Below, in pieces: positions 37,343-47,107 of a stretch of 64,000 nt of DNA (within the stretch, counting starts at the first letter, position 1; each line of letters opens with the position of its first letter). A program made the translations under genes and the position numbers. The notes under the pieces are model-generated. The model was given only the letters and a program-made list of their open reading frames with translations, was not told the DNA's origin and made no database searches. The stretch comes from a virus. Lineage: Duplodnaviria; Heunggongvirae; Uroviricota; Caudoviricetes. The stretch covers positions 185,001 to 249,000 of the IMG/VR virus record IMGVR_UViG_3300028888_001839; one strand, given 5' to 3'.

Positions 37343-37840
37343 ATGAAAGCATTCAATGTTATACTTATTACGAGGAACCCCAATAGCAGCATGAGAGTCA
37401 AGCAGACGCTGCAAGACATGGGGAAGATGGTGGAAGAGGATTCTGGAATACCTTATGTGTCAGTGATGAAGGTTCTGCCAGACAATCAGAACAACACATG
37501 TGCTACAATAAGGAATTTGCTTAGAGCCGATGTGGATGTGTTTTCGGACAAGGTGATGGTGTCGCTCATATCCCGCGACTATGTGAGCTACATCAATTGG
37601 GATGATGGTGAGAAACTGCTAAAAGACAATGATTCTGGTGAAAGTCCGATGAGGAACTTCCAGCGGTTTGAGAATCGTCATGAGGCTTCTTTGGCTTTCG
37701 AACTAGAGAAGCCAAGATGGGTGTACGATGATGGTGTGAACATGTCCATCAAGATGGAACTAGACGATTGGTGCTGGTTGCCGATAAAGGGAGACGGCAT
37801 CTATGAACGTAGCAAGTACGAAAAGTATCTTTTGGGTTAA
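37343..37840 (+). CDS. hypothetical protein
   Basis: 165 aa. Confidence 0.45.
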   Translation: MKAFNVILITRNPNSSMRVKQTLQDMGKMVEEDSGIPYVSVMKVLPDNQNNTCATIRNLLRADVDVFSDKVMVSLISRDYVSYINWDDGEKLLKDNDSGESPMRNFQRFENRHEASLAFELEKPRWVYDDGVNMSIKMELDDWCWLPIKGDGIYERSKYEKYLLG

Positions 37841-37864
37841 ACACACAAAGAAAGGAAAAAGACA

Positions 37865-38068
37865 ATGCCACACAAGGTAGAAGGCGGATGGAAGTGGGGG
37901 AACATAGAGCGAGACACGAAGGGTGAACTCGTGAAAGTTGTTTACGGCATCTGGCAGAAGAACGGAGCGAAGGGTAAGTTCGAGGATTTTTGGGAGACTG
38001 GGAAGACTACAGGATCGGCAAAGGACACGGCAGATGAATTGAGGGCTTATCTGGAGAAGGAGGATTGA
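37865..38068 (+). CDS. hypothetical small protein
   Basis: 67 aa. Confidence 0.35.
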   Translation: MPHKVEGGWKWGNIERDTKGELVKVVYGIWQKNGAKGKFEDFWETGKTTGSAKDTADELRAYLEKED

Positions 38069-38307
38069 TACCTATGAAGGTTTTGTTAGTGCTGCTGCTA
38101 GGGGGCTTCCTAACTGGATGTAGCGAAGGGCGGAAAGTAGAAGAGCAACCAGAAGTTCCTATTATAAACTGGACATGGGTTCACTATAGTGGGAGACTTT
38201 CAACTTGTGAATTTGAAGGACACAAGTATGTACTCTATTCGTATGATAGAGGTTGTGGAATCGTCCACCACCCAGATTGCAAATGCAAAGAAAGGAAAGC
38301 AAAATGA
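38065..38307 (+). CDS. small lipoprotein
   Basis: Lipobox LLGGFLTGC after a hydrophobic N-terminus. Confidence 0.4.
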   Translation: MIPMKVLLVLLLGGFLTGCSEGRKVEEQPEVPIINWTWVHYSGRLSTCEFEGHKYVLYSYDRGCGIVHHPDCKCKERKAK

Positions 38308-38789
38308 AACTCGGATTCAAGAAAATCCACCCCGATGCTAAACTCCCATCTTATGCACATGAGGGAGATGCGGGGATGGATGTGTATGCGGTAGAAAATG
38401 TTGAACTTAATCCTTTTACTCCAACACTTGTAAAGACAGGACTAATCGCTGAAATCCCAACTGGATACGAGATTCAAGTTCGCCCACGGAGCGGTCTTGC
38501 TTTGAAGCAGGGCATTACAGTTTTTAACTCACCAGGCACGGTAGATGCTGGGTATCGAAATGAGATAGGGGTCATTCTTATTTGGGAACCGAAATGTTTG
38601 TATAGGCCGGTGGAAGGATATGGGGTGCTCGAAATAGATAGTACAGAGTTTGCTTCAAAGATGATTCATAAAGGAGACCGCATAGCACAATTAGTGCTTA
38701 CACCTGTTACACGGTGTGAGCCAGTTGAAATCAGCGAAGTGTCTGACACGGAGCGTGGAACTGGTGGGTTCGGTAGCACAGGCATTTAA
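38304..38789 (+). CDS. dut: dUTP diphosphatase
   Basis: Motifs AGMDVYA, RPRSGLA, GTVDAGYRNEIGV; ATG overlaps the upstream stop (AATGA). Confidence 0.8.
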   Translation: MKLGFKKIHPDAKLPSYAHEGDAGMDVYAVENVELNPFTPTLVKTGLIAEIPTGYEIQVRPRSGLALKQGITVFNSPGTVDAGYRNEIGVILIWEPKCLYRPVEGYGVLEIDSTEFASKMIHKGDRIAQLVLTPVTRCEPVEISEVSDTERGTGGFGSTGI

Positions 38790-38820
38790 CAAACTCGCAG
38801 AACAAAATTAGGAGAATAAA

Positions 38821-39120
38821 ATGAAATCATTCATCATAGTTTACAAAGGAGTAGAAGAAGCAGATGCAAAGGTAGCATTTAAGTGGCTTAAATTAAAACG
38901 AGAATGGGAAACAAATAGTATATTACAAGATGGAACTAACTTAGTAGCTTTTGTGGATGTCAAAGGGAACGACAAAACGTCAGCAGACGACATCTGCTTT
39001 TGGATGGACTCTATCATAGAGGAGGGGCACAAGGTTTTCGTTTCAGAGATTAGTCATTCAGGGCATGCAAATCGGGGGACCTTGGTTAGTCGCAAGCCTA
39101 AGAACTCTGAACACAGATAA
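38821..39120 (+). CDS. hypothetical protein
   Basis: 99 aa, AGGAGA RBS. Confidence 0.4.
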   Translation: MKSFIIVYKGVEEADAKVAFKWLKLKREWETNSILQDGTNLVAFVDVKGNDKTSADDICFWMDSIIEEGHKVFVSEISHSGHANRGTLVSRKPKNSEHR

Positions 39121-39139
39121 AAGTAAGTAGGAAGAAGAA

Positions 39140-39685
39140 ATGAAAAAGGAAACAACAAAGAAAACGAAAAAGGTCGCACTTCAAGTAGATTCCAAGAAGA
39201 AGCGCTCATACGTTAGCGACATGATGCGCCGTGATATGGAATCCTGCATCGAGAAGGACAAGGAACTCACCAAGGCAGGAGTACAGAAGCCGAAGAAAGA
39301 CATCATCAAGGACGACCCATGCTACGGGTGTAAGTTCTCCTTGGAGAACAAGGATATTTCCGGGCCGTTCGACAGGAGGTTCAAGTGCAACGGCTTTCCT
39401 CGGATTGTCAACGAGCTCAAACAGGCAATTGATATTGTCTGGAAATGCGGAATCGGTAATCAGAAGTTCATTTCGTCAATGTCGAGTTGTCCGATTTCAA
39501 AGTATGGTCATGTTACGGAGGCGGAAGTTGTCAAGCATCTCCTCCATGCGCAGAATTCAATGCTCTGTGCGGCATCGCTCATAGGAGAAAGGGTGGCGAA
39601 CGGACATCTTGAATGTGTCAACACTACTGGGAAGCCCTCATGTTTTGTCGGTGCTGACCTAGACGAATACCTTAATGCGAAGTAG
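39140..39685 (+). CDS. hypothetical Cys-rich protein
   Basis: 181 aa, basic N-terminus, several Cys pairs. Confidence 0.4.
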   Translation: MKKETTKKTKKVALQVDSKKKRSYVSDMMRRDMESCIEKDKELTKAGVQKPKKDIIKDDPCYGCKFSLENKDISGPFDRRFKCNGFPRIVNELKQAIDIVWKCGIGNQKFISSMSSCPISKYGHVTEAEVVKHLLHAQNSMLCAASLIGERVANGHLECVNTTGKPSCFVGADLDEYLNAK

Positions 39686-39691
39686 CATAGG

Positions 39692-39895
39692 ATGGAAGAA
39701 GAGAAAAGGAAGCCCGCTAATGTCACCTGCGGATGTAGTTGCTTCGGCTGCTTAACCGCAGTAGTGTCATTCATACTTTTGTGCTACATCTTGAACTGCC
39801 AGTGGGCGAAGGATGTTGTGCATAGGTGCATAAGGGATGTGACGGCAGCGATCCAAGAAGGAGAACAGAACGATGGCATCAAACCAGCAAATTAA
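39692..39895 (+). CDS. small membrane protein
   Basis: 67 aa with a hydrophobic segment. Confidence 0.3.
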   Translation: MEEEKRKPANVTCGCSCFGCLTAVVSFILLCYILNCQWAKDVVHRCIRDVTAAIQEGEQNDGIKPAN

Positions 39896-40187
39896 CCAGA
39901 CCTCATATTACTTGCTCCCTTGCGGGAAGTACCTGGAGGACTTCATCTATGAGAAGAAGTTGAACTTCAACATGGGTTCGGCTCTTAAGTACCTCTGGCG
40001 AGCAGGATACAAGGACGGAGAATCCGAAGAGAAGGATTTGAAGAAAGCAGAGCACTACATCAAGTTTGAGGCTAAATGCCGTGGAGTTGATGAGGCAATT
40101 GTTGATGATGAGGTGAAGTCTCTTCTTGAGGAAGCCTATGCTTGGCGGCAGCATGAAGAACTCGAGGACGGAGAGCCTGCAAAGTGA
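39873..40187 (+). CDS. hypothetical protein
   Basis: 104 aa. Confidence 0.35.
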   Translation: MASNQQINQTSYYLLPCGKYLEDFIYEKKLNFNMGSALKYLWRAGYKDGESEEKDLKKAEHYIKFEAKCRGVDEAIVDDEVKSLLEEAYAWRQHEELEDGEPAK

Positions 40188-40975
40188 AGACGGCTGTTTT
40201 CAGCGACATTCATGCAAACCCTGCCGCCTTTCGGAGAGCAATCAACTCCGCTAGGCGGCTAGGGTGCAAGAACATCATCTGCTGCGGTGACATCGTTGGG
40301 TACGGATACGACCCGAACGAGTGCATTGAAATCTGCAAGCGGTACAACATAGAGTGCGTCAAGGGGAACCACGATGCGGCTCTTGTAGGAGAGTTGTCTC
40401 TTGACTGGTTCAACTACACGGCCGCACAGGGTATCATCTCTAATCGGCAGTTGGTGACGGAGGAAAACAAGAAATGGCTAGCTAACCTTCCGTACAAGAT
40501 CGAGAAGCAGTTCGGAGATACAAAGGTTGCATTTAGCCACGGAACCTATGCCCTACCGGAGCAGTTCAGGTATATTGACGGCATGTACTCTGCAATTGTG
40601 GAGATGGACTTGATTCGCAAGAACGGGATAGATGCTCTCTTCATAGGGCATACTCACAATGCGGAGTTGTATGCTAGGAACACATCTGATGACCGCAATC
40701 TTACCTACGGGACATTACCTAAAAGTATTAGGAAAAGACTTGCACAACCTCTAAACGGATGGAGTGAGGCGATATTCAATGTAGGTAGCGTTGGTTATCC
40801 GAGACGGTGCAGGTATAGCACTTATGCAATCATAGACGATTCCATACCAAGGGTGACGTGGAGACAGTCGCCTTTTGATTATGTTGGGTACACGGAGAAG
40901 ATAGTGGCTATGGGAAGGGAGATCCCAGTTTGGCTGCAGGCACGGCTAGTTTTTCTTAAAGGGAATGAGGAATGA
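40184..40975 (+). CDS. calcineurin-like metallophosphoesterase
   Basis: Motifs FSDIHAN, GDIVGYG, GNHD, GHTH. Confidence 0.65.
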   Translation: MKTAVFSDIHANPAAFRRAINSARRLGCKNIICCGDIVGYGYDPNECIEICKRYNIECVKGNHDAALVGELSLDWFNYTAAQGIISNRQLVTEENKKWLANLPYKIEKQFGDTKVAFSHGTYALPEQFRYIDGMYSAIVEMDLIRKNGIDALFIGHTHNAELYARNTSDDRNLTYGTLPKSIRKRLAQPLNGWSEAIFNVGSVGYPRRCRYSTYAIIDDSIPRVTWRQSPFDYVGYTEKIVAMGREIPVWLQARLVFLKGNEE

Positions 40976-41379
40976 AAATCGGGACTGGATATTTCGCAAA
41001 AGCGAAAGCATATTCTGATAAGGGATATGCTCTTGTAAGCATTGCGAGAACTAGGCCATGGTTTCTTTCCAAAGACCTTCTTGTATGGTATCTTTCCGAC
41101 CTTGCGCCAACAGGAGAAATCATTGGAGCGAAGAACAATCCAGGTGTGTACGAAGAGAAGTACAACAAGGAGATTCTTTCAAGGGCTTCTGCACCCGAAA
41201 TCATGCTCAAATTGGGGAGGTATGCAGAGAGGAGTGCAACAGACAAAGTGGCGCTTATGTGTTATGAGTCCCCAGACAAATTCTGTCATCGTCATATCGT
41301 TGCTAGATGGCTTGGTGACAAGATAGGGCAGACGATAGAGGAGATTGATGTCAATCCCAAAGAGGAGACATTGTTTTGA
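40972..41379 (+). CDS. DUF488-family protein
   Basis: 135 aa; GYF...CYESPDKFCHRHIVARWL C-terminal signature of DUF488. Confidence 0.45.
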   Translation: MKIGTGYFAKAKAYSDKGYALVSIARTRPWFLSKDLLVWYLSDLAPTGEIIGAKNNPGVYEEKYNKEILSRASAPEIMLKLGRYAERSATDKVALMCYESPDKFCHRHIVARWLGDKIGQTIEEIDVNPKEETLF

Positions 41380-42197
41380 GGAAGAGTCAGCAGAATGGGG
41401 TGACGGTCCGCAAGGTAGATGAGCCTACAACTTGGGACGGATACTTTAAGGCATTCCTAAAACTTCTGCCTTCCGTCTCGCAGTCTATAGACCAGCGGAC
41501 TATTTTCTGCGACACCTGCAGGATATTCTCTCTTTCCATTCGCGGGGCGGTGACACTAGACGAAAAAGAAAAGGGAGAGATCGAAAAGCAGTATATGTCT
41601 TTCGTGTCTAAATACGGCAATGATGGAATGGGAAAGATTGCCGTGTTGCTATCCTATGTGGTACAGGCGCTAGAATTGAGGAGAAGCGATTTTCTAGGGC
41701 ATGTGTATGAAGCATTGAGTGCGACAAACAAGCATTTTGGCCAGTATCTAACCCCCGATTGCGTTGCTAGGATGATGGCGAGAATGTCCATGTCTAGTGA
41801 ATCTCCAAAGGCGGGAAAGATAATAAGGATGAACGACTGCTCTTGCGGAGCAGGCGCATTGCTCATCGAAGCGGCGGAGGCTTTCATTGATAGTGGCGGT
41901 CGGCAATGCGACTTGATTCTGTATGGGGAAGACTTAGACCCTACGGCGAGCTACATTTCGTATGTCCAGTTCTCTCTTTTAGGATATGCTGCGGTAGTGA
42001 CTCATCAGGATTCTCTATCAAGGGAGGTGTATGAGGGGCCGTGGTATACTCCGTGCTACTTTGCGCATGGGATGCCGATAAGGTTGATGGCGGAAGAGAT
42101 GGCGGAGAAGAGCGCCGAGACAAAGGGAGAAGTCGTGCCGAGAGATGACAAGCCGATAGATGTTAGGGGGCTTGTCCAAGGGGAGTTCGCTTTCTAA
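41376..42197 (+). CDS. putative SAM-dependent DNA N6-adenine methyltransferase
   Basis: GQYLTPD (motif-X-like) and DCSCGAGALL (SAM motif I-like); catalytic motif IV not clearly identified. Confidence 0.4.
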   Translation: MRKSQQNGVTVRKVDEPTTWDGYFKAFLKLLPSVSQSIDQRTIFCDTCRIFSLSIRGAVTLDEKEKGEIEKQYMSFVSKYGNDGMGKIAVLLSYVVQALELRRSDFLGHVYEALSATNKHFGQYLTPDCVARMMARMSMSSESPKAGKIIRMNDCSCGAGALLIEAAEAFIDSGGRQCDLILYGEDLDPTASYISYVQFSLLGYAAVVTHQDSLSREVYEGPWYTPCYFAHGMPIRLMAEEMAEKSAETKGEVVPRDDKPIDVRGLVQGEFAF

Positions 42198-43078
42198 TGC
42201 TACTCGAGCCGATAGTCAAATGGAGTGGCAGCAAGCGAAGCCAGGCGGCTGAAATCGTTGCTAGGATGCCTAGGGAGATTGCCACATATTATGAGCCGTT
42301 CTGTGGTGGATGCTCCGTACTATACAGGCTTCTTAATACACCTTCTATGAAGGTTTCTAGGTATGTTGCATCAGATGTAAACAGAGACCTTATCGGGTTG
42401 TGGAACATGATAAGGGACTATCCAGAACACCTATGTGAAGGGTATGCAAGGTTGTGGGAAGAATTTAATTCAGACCCTTATAAAGACGAACGTCTCTATC
42501 AGTGGTCGACTTCTGAATGTTATGATCATAGGAAGAAATACTTTGCTAACGTGAGAGCTAGATACAACAAGTTTCCTTCACCAATAGATTTCCTATTTAT
42601 TATGCGAACTGTAATGAATGGAATGCCGCGCTATAATAAGAATGGTAAATTTAACAGTTCCTGTCATTTCACACGTTCCGGCATCAATCCTGATAGACTA
42701 AAACAGATATGTATGGAATGGAGTAGGTTGCTAAAAGAAAAAAAAGTCGAGTTCCGCATATGCTCATATGAGGAGTTGAGCACTAGTTGTCAAGACTTTA
42801 TATATCTCGACCCGCCATATATCAACACGAAAGGGATGTACTATGGGGGGATTGACATAGATAACTTCTTTGCATGGTTGCGAAAGCAGAAGTGCAAGTG
42901 GCTGATGTCTTTTGATGGGAAGGCGGGAGGACAGGACATGACTTACGATGTCCCAAACGATGTCTTTTCATACCACGAATATATCCATAGTGGGCATTCC
43001 TCTTTTAGAAGGATTGTAAGTAAAAACGGGCATGTAGATGTCATGGAATCCTTGTACGGAAACTATATGCCTTTTTGA
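42197..43078 (+). CDS. dam: Dam-family DNA adenine methyltransferase
   Basis: N-terminal KWSGSKR...YYEPFCGG and DPPY motif (YLDPPYINT). Confidence 0.7.
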   Translation: MLLEPIVKWSGSKRSQAAEIVARMPREIATYYEPFCGGCSVLYRLLNTPSMKVSRYVASDVNRDLIGLWNMIRDYPEHLCEGYARLWEEFNSDPYKDERLYQWSTSECYDHRKKYFANVRARYNKFPSPIDFLFIMRTVMNGMPRYNKNGKFNSSCHFTRSGINPDRLKQICMEWSRLLKEKKVEFRICSYEELSTSCQDFIYLDPPYINTKGMYYGGIDIDNFFAWLRKQKCKWLMSFDGKAGGQDMTYDVPNDVFSYHEYIHSGHSSFRRIVSKNGHVDVMESLYGNYMPF

Positions 43079-43173
43079 GCAGCAACAATTGACGGTTTTA
43101 TAGTTCGATCTCCTCATCAACTATCTCCTTCTGTTTCCGTATCGGCATTTGGTGAAAATGACGATTTCGGAAT

Positions 43174-43632
43174 ATGCAGGAGAGCCTATCTATGGGTGAG
43201 ACGAATTTCTACTCATATCTGTATGCTCAATCGGGGGTTGTGGCATTCGACGAACTTGCAGAAGTGGTCGAACTATGGAATCCCGATAGCATACAGAGGG
43301 CATTCGTATCTTACTTGGATGATTATGCTCCTCCGCTGGACATAAAGGAAGACCTTCTCGAAGAGAAGTTCTATAGAAGTCCAGACGAGGGGAAGATGGG
43401 GGATGAAACATACATTCGCTACGACATGGCGATACCGGGGATGCAGGAAGAGGTTTCGGCGGAAGACCTTCAGACTTACTTCGAGGACTTCTTGGAGAAG
43501 ATTGGGGCCGAAAACAATTCCGCTAATGGGTATGGGGTAGAGGTTGACACGAGGGATAATGAGAGGGGCGGGACGGACTTAGACATCTACATTTACTTGA
43601 AGGGAAACCAGATAGTAGAGCCAAAGGAATAA
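43174..43632 (+). CDS. hypothetical acidic protein
   Basis: 152 aa; an alternative start at 43192 has a better RBS. Confidence 0.4.
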   Translation: MQESLSMGETNFYSYLYAQSGVVAFDELAEVVELWNPDSIQRAFVSYLDDYAPPLDIKEDLLEEKFYRSPDEGKMGDETYIRYDMAIPGMQEEVSAEDLQTYFEDFLEKIGAENNSANGYGVEVDTRDNERGGTDLDIYIYLKGNQIVEPKE

Positions 43633-43654
43633 CGAAGGCAAGGAGACCAGAAAG

Positions 43655-44440
43655 ATGAAGAAGCATGTAATGGCATTTCTAGTTGCGCTTGGAATGTGTC
43701 TAGGATTCGGCGGATGCAAGTCCGATGGAACTATACAGCCAGAAGCGAAATCAACCAACACCTATGTTGTTGTTGTTGGAATGGAGAACTCTAAGTTTGC
43801 AGGTGCTTGTCCTGGCGCAGGATACGATGCTGATAGGATGTATAAATTGCTTGCCGCATATACCCCTAACATTGTCCTGTATAAAGATGCTAATGCAACA
43901 AAAGCAAATGTGACGGCTGCATTGAACAAGGCCGTTGCAAGCACAACGGATGGGCTTGTGATATTCTGCTATTCCGGACACGGAGGAAGCGAGCCGTTCC
44001 CAAATACTGGCATTGAAGAAGTGGATGGGAAGGATGAGTTTCTATGTCTATGGGATACTTACTTGAAGGACAATGAAATATGGGACATCATAAGCAAGAG
44101 TAGTGGACGTATTATGTTTATAGTGGATGCATGTCATAGCCAAAGCATTATGAGAAATAGCGGATTCAGATTGAAAGTCCCTTTGTCGTGGGATCATGAA
44201 ATGTCAAGCGATTGTATGTTTTCGCTTCTCTGTTGGTCTGGGTGTCCTGATAATGCTTATTCGTATGGGTCAGTTTCAGGAGGTCAGTTGACTAATGCTT
44301 TGTTGCGTCATTATAATCATCAAGAGACATATCAAGACCTTTGGAATAAAATAAAGAATGACAAAACATTGAGAACTTATGAAAATCCACAAAGCACAAA
44401 CCTAGGCAAAGGTTTTATAAATAAATTGGTTTTTAAGTAA
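43655..44440 (+). CDS. secreted lipoprotein with caspase-like (peptidase C14) domain
   Basis: Lipobox LGFGGC; His/Cys dyad context YSGHGG ... VDACHSQS typical of caspase/HetF folds. Confidence 0.55.
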   Translation: MKKHVMAFLVALGMCLGFGGCKSDGTIQPEAKSTNTYVVVVGMENSKFAGACPGAGYDADRMYKLLAAYTPNIVLYKDANATKANVTAALNKAVASTTDGLVIFCYSGHGGSEPFPNTGIEEVDGKDEFLCLWDTYLKDNEIWDIISKSSGRIMFIVDACHSQSIMRNSGFRLKVPLSWDHEMSSDCMFSLLCWSGCPDNAYSYGSVSGGQLTNALLRHYNHQETYQDLWNKIKNDKTLRTYENPQSTNLGKGFINKLVFK

Positions 44441-45654
44441 TGAGTAAATGGCCAGAAACATACGAAGAGGTCAAAGCACTATTTCTTCGGAGGGGGTGTG
44501 TCCTTCTTTCAACTAATTACCAGGGATTGCACTCAAAGTTGGAGTATATAGCCTCTTGTGGTCATAAATGTACAGTAATAGCCTACAACTTTTTCAGGGG
44601 GGCTGGAACTTTATGTAGAAGATGTAACCCTAGTTGGAAAAGGAGACATAAATGTATTCCAATAGAGAAATTACAAGAAGAATATGAGTTGGCTGGGTGT
44701 AAATTATTATCAAGTTCATATTGCGGTAGTCTCGGATATCTAGTTTATATTGCACAATGTGGACACCAACACAAGATGCCGTATTATTGTTTCCATAGAG
44801 GTCAAGGGCGAAAATGTCCCAGATGTGCAGGTGGGGTGCGAAAAACTTTAGATGAAGTAAGGGAATTATTTCTGCGAGAAGGGTGTCAACTACTATCAAC
44901 AGAATACAAGTGGAATAGACAAAAGGTAGATTACATTGCTCAGTGTGGTCATCGTCATACTATCAAAGCCTTAGCTTTCTTTGAAGGAGAGGGGCGGTTA
45001 TGCCCAAAGTGCCAGAAAAAAGAAGATAGTGATAAGCGAATTAAATACACAGAAAAAGATCAGCAAGATTTATTGAATAGTTTTGGATGTAAGTTGATTC
45101 TTCCAGCGAGAACTACAAATGACAAAATGTTGTATGTGGCAAAATGTGGGCATCAAGTATCAATGCGTATTGAATTTTTCAAGCAGGGATATGGCCACGT
45201 ATGTAAAAAGTGTTACCAGAAATGCATATCTCTTGGTGAAAGAGCGGTTAAGATAGTATTGGACAAACTTAATATAGACTATGCACCTCAATATGTAATA
45301 CACACGGCACCAGGTAAAAGGCAACGCCTAGATTTCTATATCCCATCTGAAAGAATTGCAATAGAATTTAATGGACGGCAACACTATGAAGAAGTCCATT
45401 TCTTTCACAGACATAGAAACGGCAAGAATACATATGATTTTGAATATTCAAAGAAACAAGATGAGAGAAAAAGGGAATGGTGCATAAATAACGCCGTGCA
45501 TCTAATCGAAATAGACGGAAGAATATGGACTCACGATAAGACAAACAAAGACGAGTTTGAGAATTATCTGAAAAAGGAGATTTGCAATGGGAGATTCAAA
45601 AACCTACATTCCCTACGGTCATGTCCGCATTCAGTGCAAGGGATGCGGTGCTAA
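44440..45654 (+). CDS. protein with four tandem CGH-type zinc-ribbon repeats and a C-terminal DUF559 (Vsr/PD-(D/E)XK-like) endonuclease domain
   Basis: Repeats of about 60 aa each containing (A)xCGHxxxx...CxxC; C-terminal RLDFYIPSERIAIEFNGRQHYE matches DUF559. Confidence 0.5.
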   Translation: MSKWPETYEEVKALFLRRGCVLLSTNYQGLHSKLEYIASCGHKCTVIAYNFFRGAGTLCRRCNPSWKRRHKCIPIEKLQEEYELAGCKLLSSSYCGSLGYLVYIAQCGHQHKMPYYCFHRGQGRKCPRCAGGVRKTLDEVRELFLREGCQLLSTEYKWNRQKVDYIAQCGHRHTIKALAFFEGEGRLCPKCQKKEDSDKRIKYTEKDQQDLLNSFGCKLILPARTTNDKMLYVAKCGHQVSMRIEFFKQGYGHVCKKCYQKCISLGERAVKIVLDKLNIDYAPQYVIHTAPGKRQRLDFYIPSERIAIEFNGRQHYEEVHFFHRHRNGKNTYDFEYSKKQDERKREWCINNAVHLIEIDGRIWTHDKTNKDEFENYLKKEICNGRFKNLHSLRSCPHSVQGMRC

Positions 45655-45772
45655 CTACTTGGTCGGGCAGAGAGACTTGAAGTACAAATCCGTAGCCAAC
45701 AACGGATACTACCCATGCGACAAATGCGGGTCGCATGACACGACATGGGATTTCCGCAAGATTGATGATTAA
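45587..45772 (+). CDS. small zinc-ribbon protein (overlaps 3' end of previous gene in another frame)
   Basis: 61 aa, CKGCG...CDKCG, AAGGAG RBS. Confidence 0.35.
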   Translation: MGDSKTYIPYGHVRIQCKGCGANYLVGQRDLKYKSVANNGYYPCDKCGSHDTTWDFRKIDD

Positions 45773-45783
45773 GGAGGTTTCCA

Positions 45784-46626
45784 ATGAAATCATATTACCA
45801 GTTCTGCGAAGACGAACAGGTTAGGCTCAAGGTGGAAGGGATGCCTGTCCATAGGTTCTTTGCACCTGAAGGATTTATGCTATGGGGGCTAGAGCCAAAG
45901 AGCGGAAACTACAAGGGCTATGCGCAGATAGTTGATATGCCGATAGATGAGTTCTTAGGTTTGGCAGAGCCTATACCCGAAGACGATGAGAAACGTCATG
46001 CACCGCAGGAAGAGTTCAAGAAGGATGTTCTTGCAGGCAAGCCGACAAAGTGGGACATTCCATATCTCTTATGCAAAGAGAATGAGGACGGAATCTGGAA
46101 GGTGATAGGACATGATGGACGGCATCGCGGAATGCTGCTTAAGTCTCTCGGCTTCTCATCTATGCCAGTTCTACTGCAGATGCCCGATGCAGAGTTAAAC
46201 GAAGAATTGCTGCCAGAGATTCTATGGAGCCAGAACGACAAGGCGGTTGATAGGGAGAAGGACTACTATCCTTTCCCCGTCACGGAAGACAACTTCATGC
46301 AGCCGTATGTTGCCGTAGGTGATGGAGTTGTTGTTGTAGGAAGTAAGGATAACGGAATGACCATCGCTATGGACGCCATTGAGTATGGGCAGCAATGCGA
46401 CAGCAAGAAGTTTCTTAAAGACTACATGGGGGAAGTGGCACAAGAAGTTGAAACGGAAGACAGGTTAGACGGAAGAACTTTCTCTTCTCTCGGCAAGGCA
46501 CCGGATTCTTGCATAAAAGCAAAAAAGAACTTTGCTAAGAACTTTGTGCCGAATGTCCCATACCGTAATGATAACACGATGCCTGCTAGCACACTTAAGG
46601 AATATCTCGCAAAGAAAGGGAAATAA
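45784..46626 (+). CDS. hypothetical protein
   Basis: 280 aa, AAGGAGG RBS. Confidence 0.5.
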   Translation: MKSYYQFCEDEQVRLKVEGMPVHRFFAPEGFMLWGLEPKSGNYKGYAQIVDMPIDEFLGLAEPIPEDDEKRHAPQEEFKKDVLAGKPTKWDIPYLLCKENEDGIWKVIGHDGRHRGMLLKSLGFSSMPVLLQMPDAELNEELLPEILWSQNDKAVDREKDYYPFPVTEDNFMQPYVAVGDGVVVVGSKDNGMTIAMDAIEYGQQCDSKKFLKDYMGEVAQEVETEDRLDGRTFSSLGKAPDSCIKAKKNFAKNFVPNVPYRNDNTMPASTLKEYLAKKGK

Positions 46627-46694
46627 GAAATCAGAATCTCGAATCAATGCAAGTTGGCATATATTGGAAGAAGAGAAAGCAAACGGAGGATTCT

Positions 46695-47045
46695 ATGATT
46701 CGCTTCATCGAAGGACAGCCGGCTACGATAAAGGTGACAGTTTCTAGTTCTATCGACACTACTGGATTTTCGGTCTCACTTATCATCGGAGCAGAGACCA
46801 AGTCCATCAGTTCTATCAAGGATGGTGGTATATATTTTGTGGATTTCTCTGCGTCTGACATAGAGGAAGTCCCTCAAAAACCAATATACGGGACTATTCA
46901 AGTTCTCGATTCGAATGGTGATTTGTACCAGAAGATGCTAGTAGAGGTCGTGAAGGTGGGTGCAGAGACACAGACCTTGCAGCAGACGTCAGACACATTG
47001 CCAATAGTCATTGCGGCTAATTGGGTAGGGAAAAACAGCGTATGA
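46695..47045 (+). CDS. hypothetical virion-associated protein
   Basis: 116 aa, GGAGGA RBS; precedes fibre-like genes. Confidence 0.4.
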   Translation: MIRFIEGQPATIKVTVSSSIDTTGFSVSLIIGAETKSISSIKDGGIYFVDFSASDIEEVPQKPIYGTIQVLDSNGDLYQKMLVEVVKVGAETQTLQQTSDTLPIVIAANWVGKNSV

Positions 47046-47107
47046 GTGTGTAGAGAGTTTCCATTCTGATTAAGGCATGTTGAACAATTAAAATTACGGG
47101 AGGCATT

